In this document: one piece after another, positions 56,674 to 64,000 of the stretch | Numbering within the stretch: the first letter of the stretch is position 1 | How the letters are laid out: the number at the start of each line of letters is the position of its first letter | Assembly: GCA_964436015.1 (NCBI GenBank) | Contig: CAYTAR010000002.1 | Location: 9,521 to 73,520 of the forward strand | Direction of reading: 5' to 3' | From: an uncultured Candidatus Saccharibacteria bacterium | GTDB lineage: Bacteria > Patescibacteriota > Minisyncoccia > Phycocordibacterales > GCA-2401445 | DNA: 64,000 nucleotides | Notes under the pieces: model-generated | The model's database searches: none | What the model was told of the DNA's origin: nothing | The model's input: the letters and a program-made list of their open reading frames with translations, nothing else | Made by a program: the position numbers and the translations under genes

Positions 56674-57690
56674 ATGTCTATTTGGTATACTAGAGGTATG
56701 AGATTATTTGTTCTAGGATTCATATGTTTTGTGAGTGCATTTTTTATTACGCCAGAAATTGCATTTGCAAAGTACATACAAGTATCACCTATTGTAATAA
56801 ATAAAGATTTGCAAGCTCGTGATATTATCCGTGAACAAGTGGTACTGAAGAACACCTCTCCTGCAAAGTTAAATGTGTATACATTTGTTAACAATGTTAC
56901 TTCTGGAACGGAGGGGGGTATTGAGGCATTTCTTGATTATCAACAATCAGAAAAACAAAAGTCGTTGGCAAACTGGATTGAGATTTCACGCGGAGTGATT
57001 GAATTGATGCCAGGAGAAGAAAAAGAAATTGAATTTATTATTAAAGTGCACCATGAGGCTACTCCAGGCGATTATCATGCATTGATTTCTTTCGGAACTG
57101 GAACCAATAGAGATGAGGCTGAACAGCGCCTTACACGAGAGTCATCGGTGATGGTTGTTGGGTCAGTAGTGAAAAATACAAGAGAGCTCCTTCAGGTGAA
57201 AAAATTTACCGCGGGGAATTTATTTTTTTCAGGAACTGATGCGGAGTTCACATACACCCTTCAGAATAATGGTGATGAGGTAATTATCCCTGATGGAGAA
57301 ATCTTGCTTTATGATAGGCGTGGAATTGAGATTGGTGCAATGCGCGTTAACGGACAGGGAGAGAGTATCTTGCCAGGGGAAGAAAAGGAGTTTGTTTCAA
57401 CATGGAGCGGTGAATATAGTCTCGGTCGGCACAAGGCGTACTTGAGTGCAGTGTATGGTGCACAGAAGAAAAACTTGACTGATACCACCTACTTTTTTAT
57501 GTTGCCATGGAAGCAGTTATTACTGTTGTTTACTGTACTTATGTTCTTTACGGTGTATGTTATGCATGTGATTCACGATAAATTTTTTCAAAAGAGAAAA
57601 AAACAGGTTCAATTCAACCGTGTATCTCGTCCAGTAACGCCTCCGGTCCCAGGGGTTGGTGTGATTAATCTCAAACAATATGAGGATTAA
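56674..57690 (+). CDS. cell-surface protein with signal peptide and C-terminal TM anchor (DUF916/DUF3324-like architecture), paralog 1
   Basis: Signal MRLFVLGFICFVSAFFITPEIAFA, a beta-rich ectodomain, and C-terminal TM LLLLFTVLMFFTVYVMHVI + KR tail. Confidence 0.55.
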   Translation: MSIWYTRGMRLFVLGFICFVSAFFITPEIAFAKYIQVSPIVINKDLQARDIIREQVVLKNTSPAKLNVYTFVNNVTSGTEGGIEAFLDYQQSEKQKSLANWIEISRGVIELMPGEEKEIEFIIKVHHEATPGDYHALISFGTGTNRDEAEQRLTRESSVMVVGSVVKNTRELLQVKKFTAGNLFFSGTDAEFTYTLQNNGDEVIIPDGEILLYDRRGIEIGAMRVNGQGESILPGEEKEFVSTWSGEYSLGRHKAYLSAVYGAQKKNLTDTTYFFMLPWKQLLLLFTVLMFFTVYVMHVIHDKFFQKRKKQVQFNRVSRPVTPPVPGVGVINLKQYED

Positions 57691-59365
57691 GTCGGCACAC
57701 AACAGTTGGTTTATAAGGGTAGGAATTGTATTAGTTTTAGTGTGTAGTATTGGATTTTTTTCTTCTTACACGCACGCCCAGGCACCCGCGTCGCTCTCAT
57801 TAAGTGTCACCCCTCCTTTGTTCCAACTCACTACTGCTCCAGGAGAGTATTGGGCGAGCAGTATAAAAGTCATCAATGCCAATTCATATCCATTAACCAT
57901 TGTTGCTGAAGTGGTTAGGTTTGATGCGAGTGGGGAAAGTGGTAATGCTAAATTTTTACCTGTACTTGGCACAGAAGGTGAAGGTAGCACACTTGCGGAT
58001 TGGATTACTCTAGAAGAAATTGAGTTAACTATTCCACCTGAGCAAAGTGCGGTAGTTCCATTTTCAGTACGTATACCACAGGACGCTCCTCCAGGAGGGC
58101 ACTATGCGGCGATACTCATTGGGAATAAATCTGTAAAAGAAGCGGGAGCAGGTCCGCAAGTCGGAGTGTCATCTTTTGTCTCCTCTTTGTTATTTGTTCG
58201 TATTGCGGGTGATGTTGTTGAAACAGGTTCTATTAGAGAATTTTCAGCAGATTCTCTTTTTTATCAAAAGCCAGAAACTTCTTTTTCATTACGGTTTGAA
58301 AATACAGGGAATGTTCACTTGTTGCCACAAGGTGAAATCACCATTTACAACATGTGGGGAAAGGAGAGAGGAGTAATTCCGATAAATCAAAAAACAGATT
58401 TTGGAAACGTACTTCCTCGGTCCATACGAAAATTTGATTTTACTTGGGCGGGGGAGCAAAATCCTCTTGAAGTAGGAAGGTTTTCAGCTGTAGCGATTCT
58501 TACCTATGGGCAGGAGGAAAGAAAAAGTGTGTATGCAAATACGTACTTTTGGGTGATACCCGTGATACCGGTGCTGATTGTCCTCGCTTCAATTTTTGGA
58601 ATTATTGTTTTTGTATCATGGATGGTTAAGTTGTATATCAGACGCGCTCTTGAGCTCCGAGGTATATACATGAATCCTGATGATTTTTTGTCTCCACATA
58701 TGAACACGTCAAAGGTGGATATGAAGATGCTGGTAAACCCTGTTGTGGAAGGAGTTATGGATTTACGTTCAGCTACTTTTCGTGATTCTCTTAGACATAA
58801 GAAAGATATTGTAGAGCCTGCCTCTATGACATATAAAGATTTCTTTAAGAAGTACAAGCGTTTCTTTGTGAGTGTGGCAGGACTCACAATGGTTGTGTTT
58901 ATTTTTATGTTTTTCTTTACTCACGTTCTCGTTCCCGAGCGTGCATTTGATATTACCTTGAATAAGGAAGATGGTGAGGTATCTATTAGTTCGGAGGAGC
59001 TCATTAAGGATAAGCTAGATGAGCAGAATAATTATTTTAATTCAAGTCAAGAAGAGGTTTCTTCTAATATTGCTTCTGGCGAGGTTCAAAGGATTACTAT
59101 TGAATTATTAAATAACACGGGAATTCCAGGCAGGGGTGCTGAGATTGCAGTACTACTTGAACAGAATGGATACAGGATTCAGAAGGTCGGTAATAGTAAT
59201 GAAGAAATGGAAGAAAATCGGGTGTACGGTAATTTTACTGATCCACTTATTGTAGAAGTCATTCAAGATGTTGAAAATATTACCGATAAAGTTTTTACGC
59301 AGATTGATTCAGGGTACACTCAAGGTCAAGCAACAAACACTCTTGTTTTTATTATTTCAAAGTAG
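57680..59365 (+). CDS. cell-surface protein, paralog 2 (ectodomain + TM + extra C-terminal domain)
   Basis: Paralogous to 56674 and 62210: LFVRIAGDVVETGSIREFSAD vs SMKIGGDVIETARIREFSSD. Has an internal TM VIPVIPVLIVLASIFGIIVFV. Confidence 0.55.
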   Translation: MRIKSAHNSWFIRVGIVLVLVCSIGFFSSYTHAQAPASLSLSVTPPLFQLTTAPGEYWASSIKVINANSYPLTIVAEVVRFDASGESGNAKFLPVLGTEGEGSTLADWITLEEIELTIPPEQSAVVPFSVRIPQDAPPGGHYAAILIGNKSVKEAGAGPQVGVSSFVSSLLFVRIAGDVVETGSIREFSADSLFYQKPETSFSLRFENTGNVHLLPQGEITIYNMWGKERGVIPINQKTDFGNVLPRSIRKFDFTWAGEQNPLEVGRFSAVAILTYGQEERKSVYANTYFWVIPVIPVLIVLASIFGIIVFVSWMVKLYIRRALELRGIYMNPDDFLSPHMNTSKVDMKMLVNPVVEGVMDLRSATFRDSLRHKKDIVEPASMTYKDFFKKYKRFFVSVAGLTMVVFIFMFFFTHVLVPERAFDITLNKEDGEVSISSEELIKDKLDEQNNYFNSSQEEVSSNIASGEVQRITIELLNNTGIPGRGAEIAVLLEQNGYRIQKVGNSNEEMEENRVYGNFTDPLIVEVIQDVENITDKVFTQIDSGYTQGQATNTLVFIISK

Positions 59366-59564
59366 GCTATCCACAAATAGTAGGGAGGGCATTTTAAAAT
59401 ATCAACTATAATTACAGTAAGGACCATGTCCTTTTCACCGCTTGGTGAATCGTGCCAGGATGTGTGTCCTATGACGTCGTAGGATAGAGAGGAATTTTTC
59501 CTCGGTATCTTATATTATCAGTAGGTAGTAGTGCCACCTACCGCTAGTTCTTAGAAAGCATTAT

Positions 59565-60704
59565 ATGAATAGCACATACGTATTTGAGCACATCAAGACC
59601 CATAAGTATCTAGCACTCATTGTGTTAGCGGGACTCTTAATGTGGTCAGTCGGCTTGCCTGCGTGGGCACCCATGGCGCAAGCAGCAGCACTCACCAACT
59701 TCAGTGATACACTCACTGATTCGGACGTGAGTGCACCATCTAATCACACGATTGCCTATACGACACCAAACGGTGTCTCGGCAGGAGAGACGATTGTGAT
59801 TACGTTTCCTGCAGGGTTTAACTTAAGTGATTTGTCGTTTAACGACATTGACTTATATGCAGGATCGGAACGAACACTTGGGTCTTCACCTTCAGGTGCA
59901 ACGTGGGGGGTTGCGACAACGTCAACCACTATTACGTTCACTTCAGGAACAGACACTATTGCGTCAAGTACTGCAGTCGTGATTGAGATAGGTACACATG
60001 CAACAGCTGGTGCAACGGGGGATACACAGATTATTAATCCAGGGTCACCTGGCACGCAAATTATCAACGTGTCATCGGGATCAGGAATTGATTCTGCGGA
60101 TACCCGCGTCTACATCATTGATGATGTTGTGGTCACTGCTTCAGTTAACACCACCTTCCTCTTCTCCATCACTGGAGTAGCGAGTGGTGCATCAGTTAAC
60201 GGAAGTCCAACAACCACTGCAGATACAACCACATCAACATCGCTTCCGTTCGGAACACTTAACGCGCTTCAGTCAAAAACTCTTGCGCAAGATCTTTCAG
60301 TAACCACTAACGCAGCAAACGGCTTCGTAGTAACAGTACAGCAAGATCAAAATCTTCGTTCCGCAACGAATGCAGATATTGATGGGTTCATTGATGGGGC
60401 GTATACAAACACTCCAGCTGCATGGGTACAACCATCAGGGTCCCTTGGACAAGAGTGGACATACGGTCACTGGGGTTTAACATCAGAAGATGCTGATTTA
60501 AACACTGATGAATTCGGATCCGATTTGTGGGTTGCAGCGTCAACTACACCTCGGCAAGTCTTCTCACACAATGCACCGTCAAATGGTACAACACCAAACA
60601 GTGGTTCTACCCGAGTCGGTTTCCAGATTGAAATTACTTCACTTCAGGAAGCTGGTACGGACTACACGAACACACTGACGTACATTGCAACGCCGACGTT
60701 CTAG
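59565..60704 (+). CDS. secreted surface protein, WxL-like C-terminal domain, paralog A
   Basis: Signal peptide. The C-terminal 201 aa are identical to those of the next gene. The end LTYIATPTF recalls the terminal motif of WxL domains. Confidence 0.55.
   Translation: MNSTYVFEHIKTHKYLALIVLAGLLMWSVGLPAWAPMAQAAALTNFSDTLTDSDVSAPSNHTIAYTTPNGVSAGETIVITFPAGFNLSDLSFNDIDLYAGSERTLGSSPSGATWGVATTSTTITFTSGTDTIASSTAVVIEIGTHATAGATGDTQIINPGSPGTQIINVSSGSGIDSADTRVYIIDDVVVTASVNTTFLFSITGVASGASVNGSPTTTADTTTSTSLPFGTLNALQSKTLAQDLSVTTNAANGFVVTVQQDQNLRSATNADIDGFIDGAYTNTPAAWVQPSGSLGQEWTYGHWGLTSEDADLNTDEFGSDLWVAASTTPRQVFSHNAPSNGTTPNSGSTRVGFQIEITSLQEAGTDYTNTLTYIATPTF
60101..60704 (+). repeat. 604-bp block identical to 61491-62094 (3' halves of adjacent paralogous surface-protein genes)
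   Basis: Spot checks at the start (tacccgcgtctacatcattgatgatgttgtgg), at 60121/61511 and at the end (...cgccgacgttctag) give a constant offset of 1390; no mismatch was seen, but not every base was compared. Confidence 0.9.
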
Positions 60705-60942
60705 ACGTACTTAGAGCACGCAAAAATCCGCTGTAAAGCGGATTTTTGTTTGTCTGAGACAGTGTGTCCTTGAAGTTAAGGTTGTCTTTTATGTTCGTTA
60801 TCCACAACCAGAAAAGAATTTTTGATAAAAGTCAATTATACTGTACATATTACTGGCGTGTGTCTTTTACACATAAGGTGAGTGGTTGTGAGACTGAGGG
60901 TCATCAGTAGCACATAGATTATCAAGTATATAGTTTATTAGT

Positions 60943-62094
60943 ATGAGTACATATTTTATTTTACACCATATGCGAGGAGGCAAGGCGGTAGGAGCAGTGC
61001 TCCTAATCGCGCTTCTTGCGTGGTCAGTCGGTGCGCCGGCATGGATGAATGTTGCACAAGCAGCAGCACTCACCAACTTCAGTGATACACTCACTGATTC
61101 TGATGTGGGGGCGTTAAGTAACCACACAATTGCGTTCACTACTCCAAATGGGGTTGATGCAGGACAGACTATTACTGTTACCTTCCCAGGAGGTTTTGGT
61201 CTTGGGTCTATAACTGAGGATGATGTTGACATTGATAGTGCAGGAACTCCGCTCACTACTGCAGCGGATTGTTCGGGAAGTGAGGAGGCTGGGGTTGGTA
61301 TTTCAGGACAAATTATTACGATTGATATTTGCTCCGGAGATGGAGGGGACATTGCGTCTTCTACTGCGGTGGTAATTAGAATTGGAACGAATGCGGTTGA
61401 TAGTGGAACAGGAACAAACCAAATTACAAACCACGCAACTCCAGGTACATATATTATTGCAGTTGGAGGGACAATGCAGGATTCAGGTTCTACCCGCGTC
61501 TACATCATTGATGATGTTGTGGTCACTGCTTCAGTTAACACCACCTTCCTCTTCTCCATCACTGGAGTAGCGAGTGGTGCATCAGTTAACGGAAGTCCAA
61601 CAACCACTGCAGATACAACCACATCAACATCGCTTCCGTTCGGAACACTTAACGCGCTTCAGTCAAAAACTCTTGCGCAAGATCTTTCAGTAACCACTAA
61701 CGCAGCAAACGGCTTCGTAGTAACAGTACAGCAAGATCAAAATCTTCGTTCCGCAACGAATGCAGATATTGATGGGTTCATTGATGGGGCGTATACAAAC
61801 ACTCCAGCTGCATGGGTACAACCATCAGGGTCCCTTGGACAAGAGTGGACATACGGTCACTGGGGTTTAACATCAGAAGATGCTGATTTAAACACTGATG
61901 AATTCGGATCCGATTTGTGGGTTGCAGCGTCAACTACACCTCGGCAAGTCTTCTCACACAATGCACCGTCAAATGGTACAACACCAAACAGTGGTTCTAC
62001 CCGAGTCGGTTTCCAGATTGAAATTACTTCACTTCAGGAAGCTGGTACGGACTACACGAACACACTGACGTACATTGCAACGCCGACGTTCTAG
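60943..62094 (+). CDS. secreted surface protein, paralog B (3' 604 bp identical to 60101-60704)
   Basis: N-terminal ~90 aa conserved, middle divergent, 61491-62094 nt-identical to paralog A. Confidence 0.55.
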   Translation: MSTYFILHHMRGGKAVGAVLLIALLAWSVGAPAWMNVAQAAALTNFSDTLTDSDVGALSNHTIAFTTPNGVDAGQTITVTFPGGFGLGSITEDDVDIDSAGTPLTTAADCSGSEEAGVGISGQIITIDICSGDGGDIASSTAVVIRIGTNAVDSGTGTNQITNHATPGTYIIAVGGTMQDSGSTRVYIIDDVVVTASVNTTFLFSITGVASGASVNGSPTTTADTTTSTSLPFGTLNALQSKTLAQDLSVTTNAANGFVVTVQQDQNLRSATNADIDGFIDGAYTNTPAAWVQPSGSLGQEWTYGHWGLTSEDADLNTDEFGSDLWVAASTTPRQVFSHNAPSNGTTPNSGSTRVGFQIEITSLQEAGTDYTNTLTYIATPTF

Positions 62095-62121
62095 TGCGCT
62101 TATATACAAAACTATATACAA

Positions 62122-62155
62122 GAATTACACCCGCGAATGCGGGTGTAATTCTTTT
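62122..62155 (+). terminator. terminator after surface paralog B
   Basis: GAATTACACCCGCgaatGCGGGTGTAATTCTTTTG. Confidence 0.75.
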
Positions 62156-62209
62156 GCGAGGACTGAAGAGAGTGGTATTATTGATGTGTTACTAACCAAT
62201 ACTACGTTC

Positions 62210-63289
62210 ATGACATTTATACTACGAAACGATCGCACACTATTCAATATACTATTATTTTTTGTACTGAGTATTATTGGGCTTGCTTGCTTGCCCACTT
62301 CAGTGTTTGGGCAGTCAAGCTCAGGTATTAGAGTGCAGCCTTCGTTTATTGAAGAGGCGGTTAATCCGGGGGATACGTACAGTGAAATACTTCAGATAAA
62401 AAATGAGAGTGATGTTGAGGAAACATACTATGTAAGTGTGAGGAATATAAAAGGATTAACTGGTAATGATAATGCTCCAGTGTTTGCAGATGAAGGTGAA
62501 GTCACTGGGCTTGAAGTTGCTTCATGGGTTACTCTTTCAGCAGACAGTGCGACCGTTCTGCCTGGTGAAACCGCACAGATTCCTTTTAGTGTTGTGGTAC
62601 CGAAAGATGCGTCTCCGGGGAGTCATATAGGAGGAATATTTGTGACACGGACCCCTCCACGACTACGTGAGACTGGAGCAGGAGTGGGTATTCAAGTAGT
62701 CAGTATTCTTAGTATGAAAATAGGGGGAGATGTAATTGAAACTGCGCGTATCAGAGAGTTTTCTTCTGATAAAAACATATACAGTACCCCGAAAGCAGAA
62801 TTTACCGTAAGTGTAGAAAATGAGGGAAATATTCTGATTAGACCACAAGGGTTTATAGAAATAACTAATATGTTTGGCGAGCGGGTTGCTCAGCTTAAGA
62901 TTAATGAACGAGCAGGTGCGGTGTTACCAAAAGCGGAACGTAGATTTTCAGTGGAGTGGGAGGGGGATAGTCTCTCTTTTGGAAGATATCAAGTACATGC
63001 AGGTCTGGTGTTTGGAGATTATGGAAGACAGAATATTGAAAGTAATTTATTTATCTGGGTTCTTCCTATGAAAATTATCACGCCTTTTCTTGGCGGACTG
63101 CTTTTCCTTGTGTTTGTAATTTATATCAGTATTCGGATACATGTCAGAAATAAGTTACGTACTGTAGAGAGAACTCATGCACGATTTGTTCATGATGAGG
63201 CGCCGTTGTCAAAATTGACTTTCATTGCTGTCGCAGTACTTGCGTTTACAATTCTTTTCCTGCTAGGAGTGTTTATCTTTTTCGCATAA
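62210..63289 (+). CDS. cell-surface protein, paralog 3 (start trimmed to the MTFILRNDRT signal peptide)
   Basis: Same family as 56674 and 57680. Two C-terminal TM helices. An upstream terminator at 62122-62155 argues against the longer ORF-track start. Confidence 0.5.
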   Translation: MTFILRNDRTLFNILLFFVLSIIGLACLPTSVFGQSSSGIRVQPSFIEEAVNPGDTYSEILQIKNESDVEETYYVSVRNIKGLTGNDNAPVFADEGEVTGLEVASWVTLSADSATVLPGETAQIPFSVVVPKDASPGSHIGGIFVTRTPPRLRETGAGVGIQVVSILSMKIGGDVIETARIREFSSDKNIYSTPKAEFTVSVENEGNILIRPQGFIEITNMFGERVAQLKINERAGAVLPKAERRFSVEWEGDSLSFGRYQVHAGLVFGDYGRQNIESNLFIWVLPMKIITPFLGGLLFLVFVIYISIRIHVRNKLRTVERTHARFVHDEAPLSKLTFIAVAVLAFTILFLLGVFIFFA

Positions 63290-63290
63290 A

Positions 63291-63692
63291 ATGAGACGAA
63301 AGAGTAACAAAATAGAACATAATATCAGGTATGCACTAGCGATTGGAGCGACCGTGCTGTCGCTTACCTCCCTTGTGTATCGGGTTGATACAAGCATGCC
63401 AGGAGCGTCTACTTTGGTGGGAAATGTAGTTGGTGTTACTGCTCAGATTCCCCCGAATGAATTAAGTAGACTCGCACAACAGTTTGATGAAAAAGATAAG
63501 GAATTGAGTGCTCGCGAAGCTGAAATTGCGGATCGTGAGCGAGCGCTCAATGCACTACTTCGTAAAGGGAATGAGAGGGGTGTGATTGCAAATTATGCTT
63601 TTGCGGGTGCGCTTCTTCTTCTCTTTATTCTTGTAGGAATTAATTTCTACCAAGATTGGAAAGGAAGAAAAATTCCTAGACAGAGTGTATGA
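63291..63692 (+). CDS. small membrane protein with a coiled-coil region
   Basis: 133 aa; N- and C-terminal TM helices around a charged helical segment. Confidence 0.4.
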   Translation: MRRKSNKIEHNIRYALAIGATVLSLTSLVYRVDTSMPGASTLVGNVVGVTAQIPPNELSRLAQQFDEKDKELSAREAEIADRERALNALLRKGNERGVIANYAFAGALLLLFILVGINFYQDWKGRKIPRQSV

Positions 63693-64000
63693 GGGCCTTT
63701 GGTATAACTCTGGTGGTGATAATTGCATCAGTGGTAGTCACAAGTCTTGTAGTGCGTGCCACCGAGTATGTATCTAGCAGAGGATTAACCGCGAACGTGC
63801 ATTCAATTAGCACTATGTGCAAGCGTGGTATGACCTATGTACCAACAGAGCAGGGAGGGTTTTGCATTGATATATTCGAGCGGTCAGCTGGTTCTCGTTG
63901 TGTGTATGATACTCCTGAAAATAGTATTCAAACGGGACAAAATATTCAGATTATGGAATGTGAAAGTGAGTCTGTAAGGGGACGTATTCCATGGGTAAAT
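63689..64000 (+). CDS. membrane-anchored protein (3' partial; runs off the window)
   Basis: ATGA overlap with the previous stop; N-terminal TM ITLVVIIASVVVTSLVV; the open frame reaches the window end. Confidence 0.4.
   Translation, partial: MRAFGITLVVIIASVVVTSLVVRATEYVSSRGLTANVHSISTMCKRGMTYVPTEQGGFCIDIFERSAGSRCVYDTPENSIQTGQNIQIMECESESVRGRIPWVN

Noticed and set aside
1-64000. CRISPR arrays, rRNA genes, transposases or integrases
   Set aside because: No regularly spaced short direct repeats and no rRNA-like conserved segments. No ORF with DDE or tyrosine-recombinase motifs was seen. The only repeats are the tRNA-associated family and the paralogous surface genes.
63689-64000. FGE/SUMF1-like domain call for the terminal partial ORF
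   Set aside because: Only a weak pattern (FCIDIFE, similar to FYIDKYE) in about 100 residues. Too little sequence to support the call, so it is reported only as a membrane-anchored partial CDS.

Overview
This 64 kb window is a low-GC bacterial chromosome segment. It spans the replication-origin neighbourhood, with rpmH-rnpA-yidC-jag on the minus strand divergent from dnaA-dnaN-DUF721. Housekeeping genes follow: a class A PBP, tyrS, ruvC-yebC-ruvB, ruvA, rpsT, polA, tsaE, rplS, an RluA pseudouridine synthase, ruvX and a Mur ligase. Type IV pilus genes are present: pilB at 12.9-14.6 kb and pilM-pilN-pilO at 32.2-34.8 kb. A SAM-I riboswitch sits in front of a Cys/Met-family PLP enzyme. There are seven tRNA genes: Lys-TTT, Arg-GCG, Ser-TGA, Arg-TCT, Val-TAC, Leu-GAG and His-GTG. 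The small proteins, a Pol I with no recognisable proofreading domain, and the absence of a pilus secretin suggest a reduced-genome, CPR/Patescibacteria-like organism; this is inference only. Two things stand out. First, every tRNA gene is followed by one or two members of a previously unannotated repeat family. Each unit is 100-370 bp, begins with an inverted copy of that tRNA's T-arm/3' end, ends with a direct copy of the tRNA 3' end, and is followed by a terminator hairpin. The direct copy is often preceded by the conserved motif ACTTAGTAACTTGTGACC, and the His locus carries a tandem 373-bp duplication of the unit. Second, a 16 kb cell-surface protein locus lies at 48-64 kb. It contains a 2073-aa repeat protein, three paralogous proteins with a signal peptide and a C-terminal TM anchor, and two secreted paralogs whose last 604 bp are identical, and it is preceded by a membrane-tethered HTH protein. 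Several six-frame ORFs that overlap tRNAs or repeats are judged spurious.
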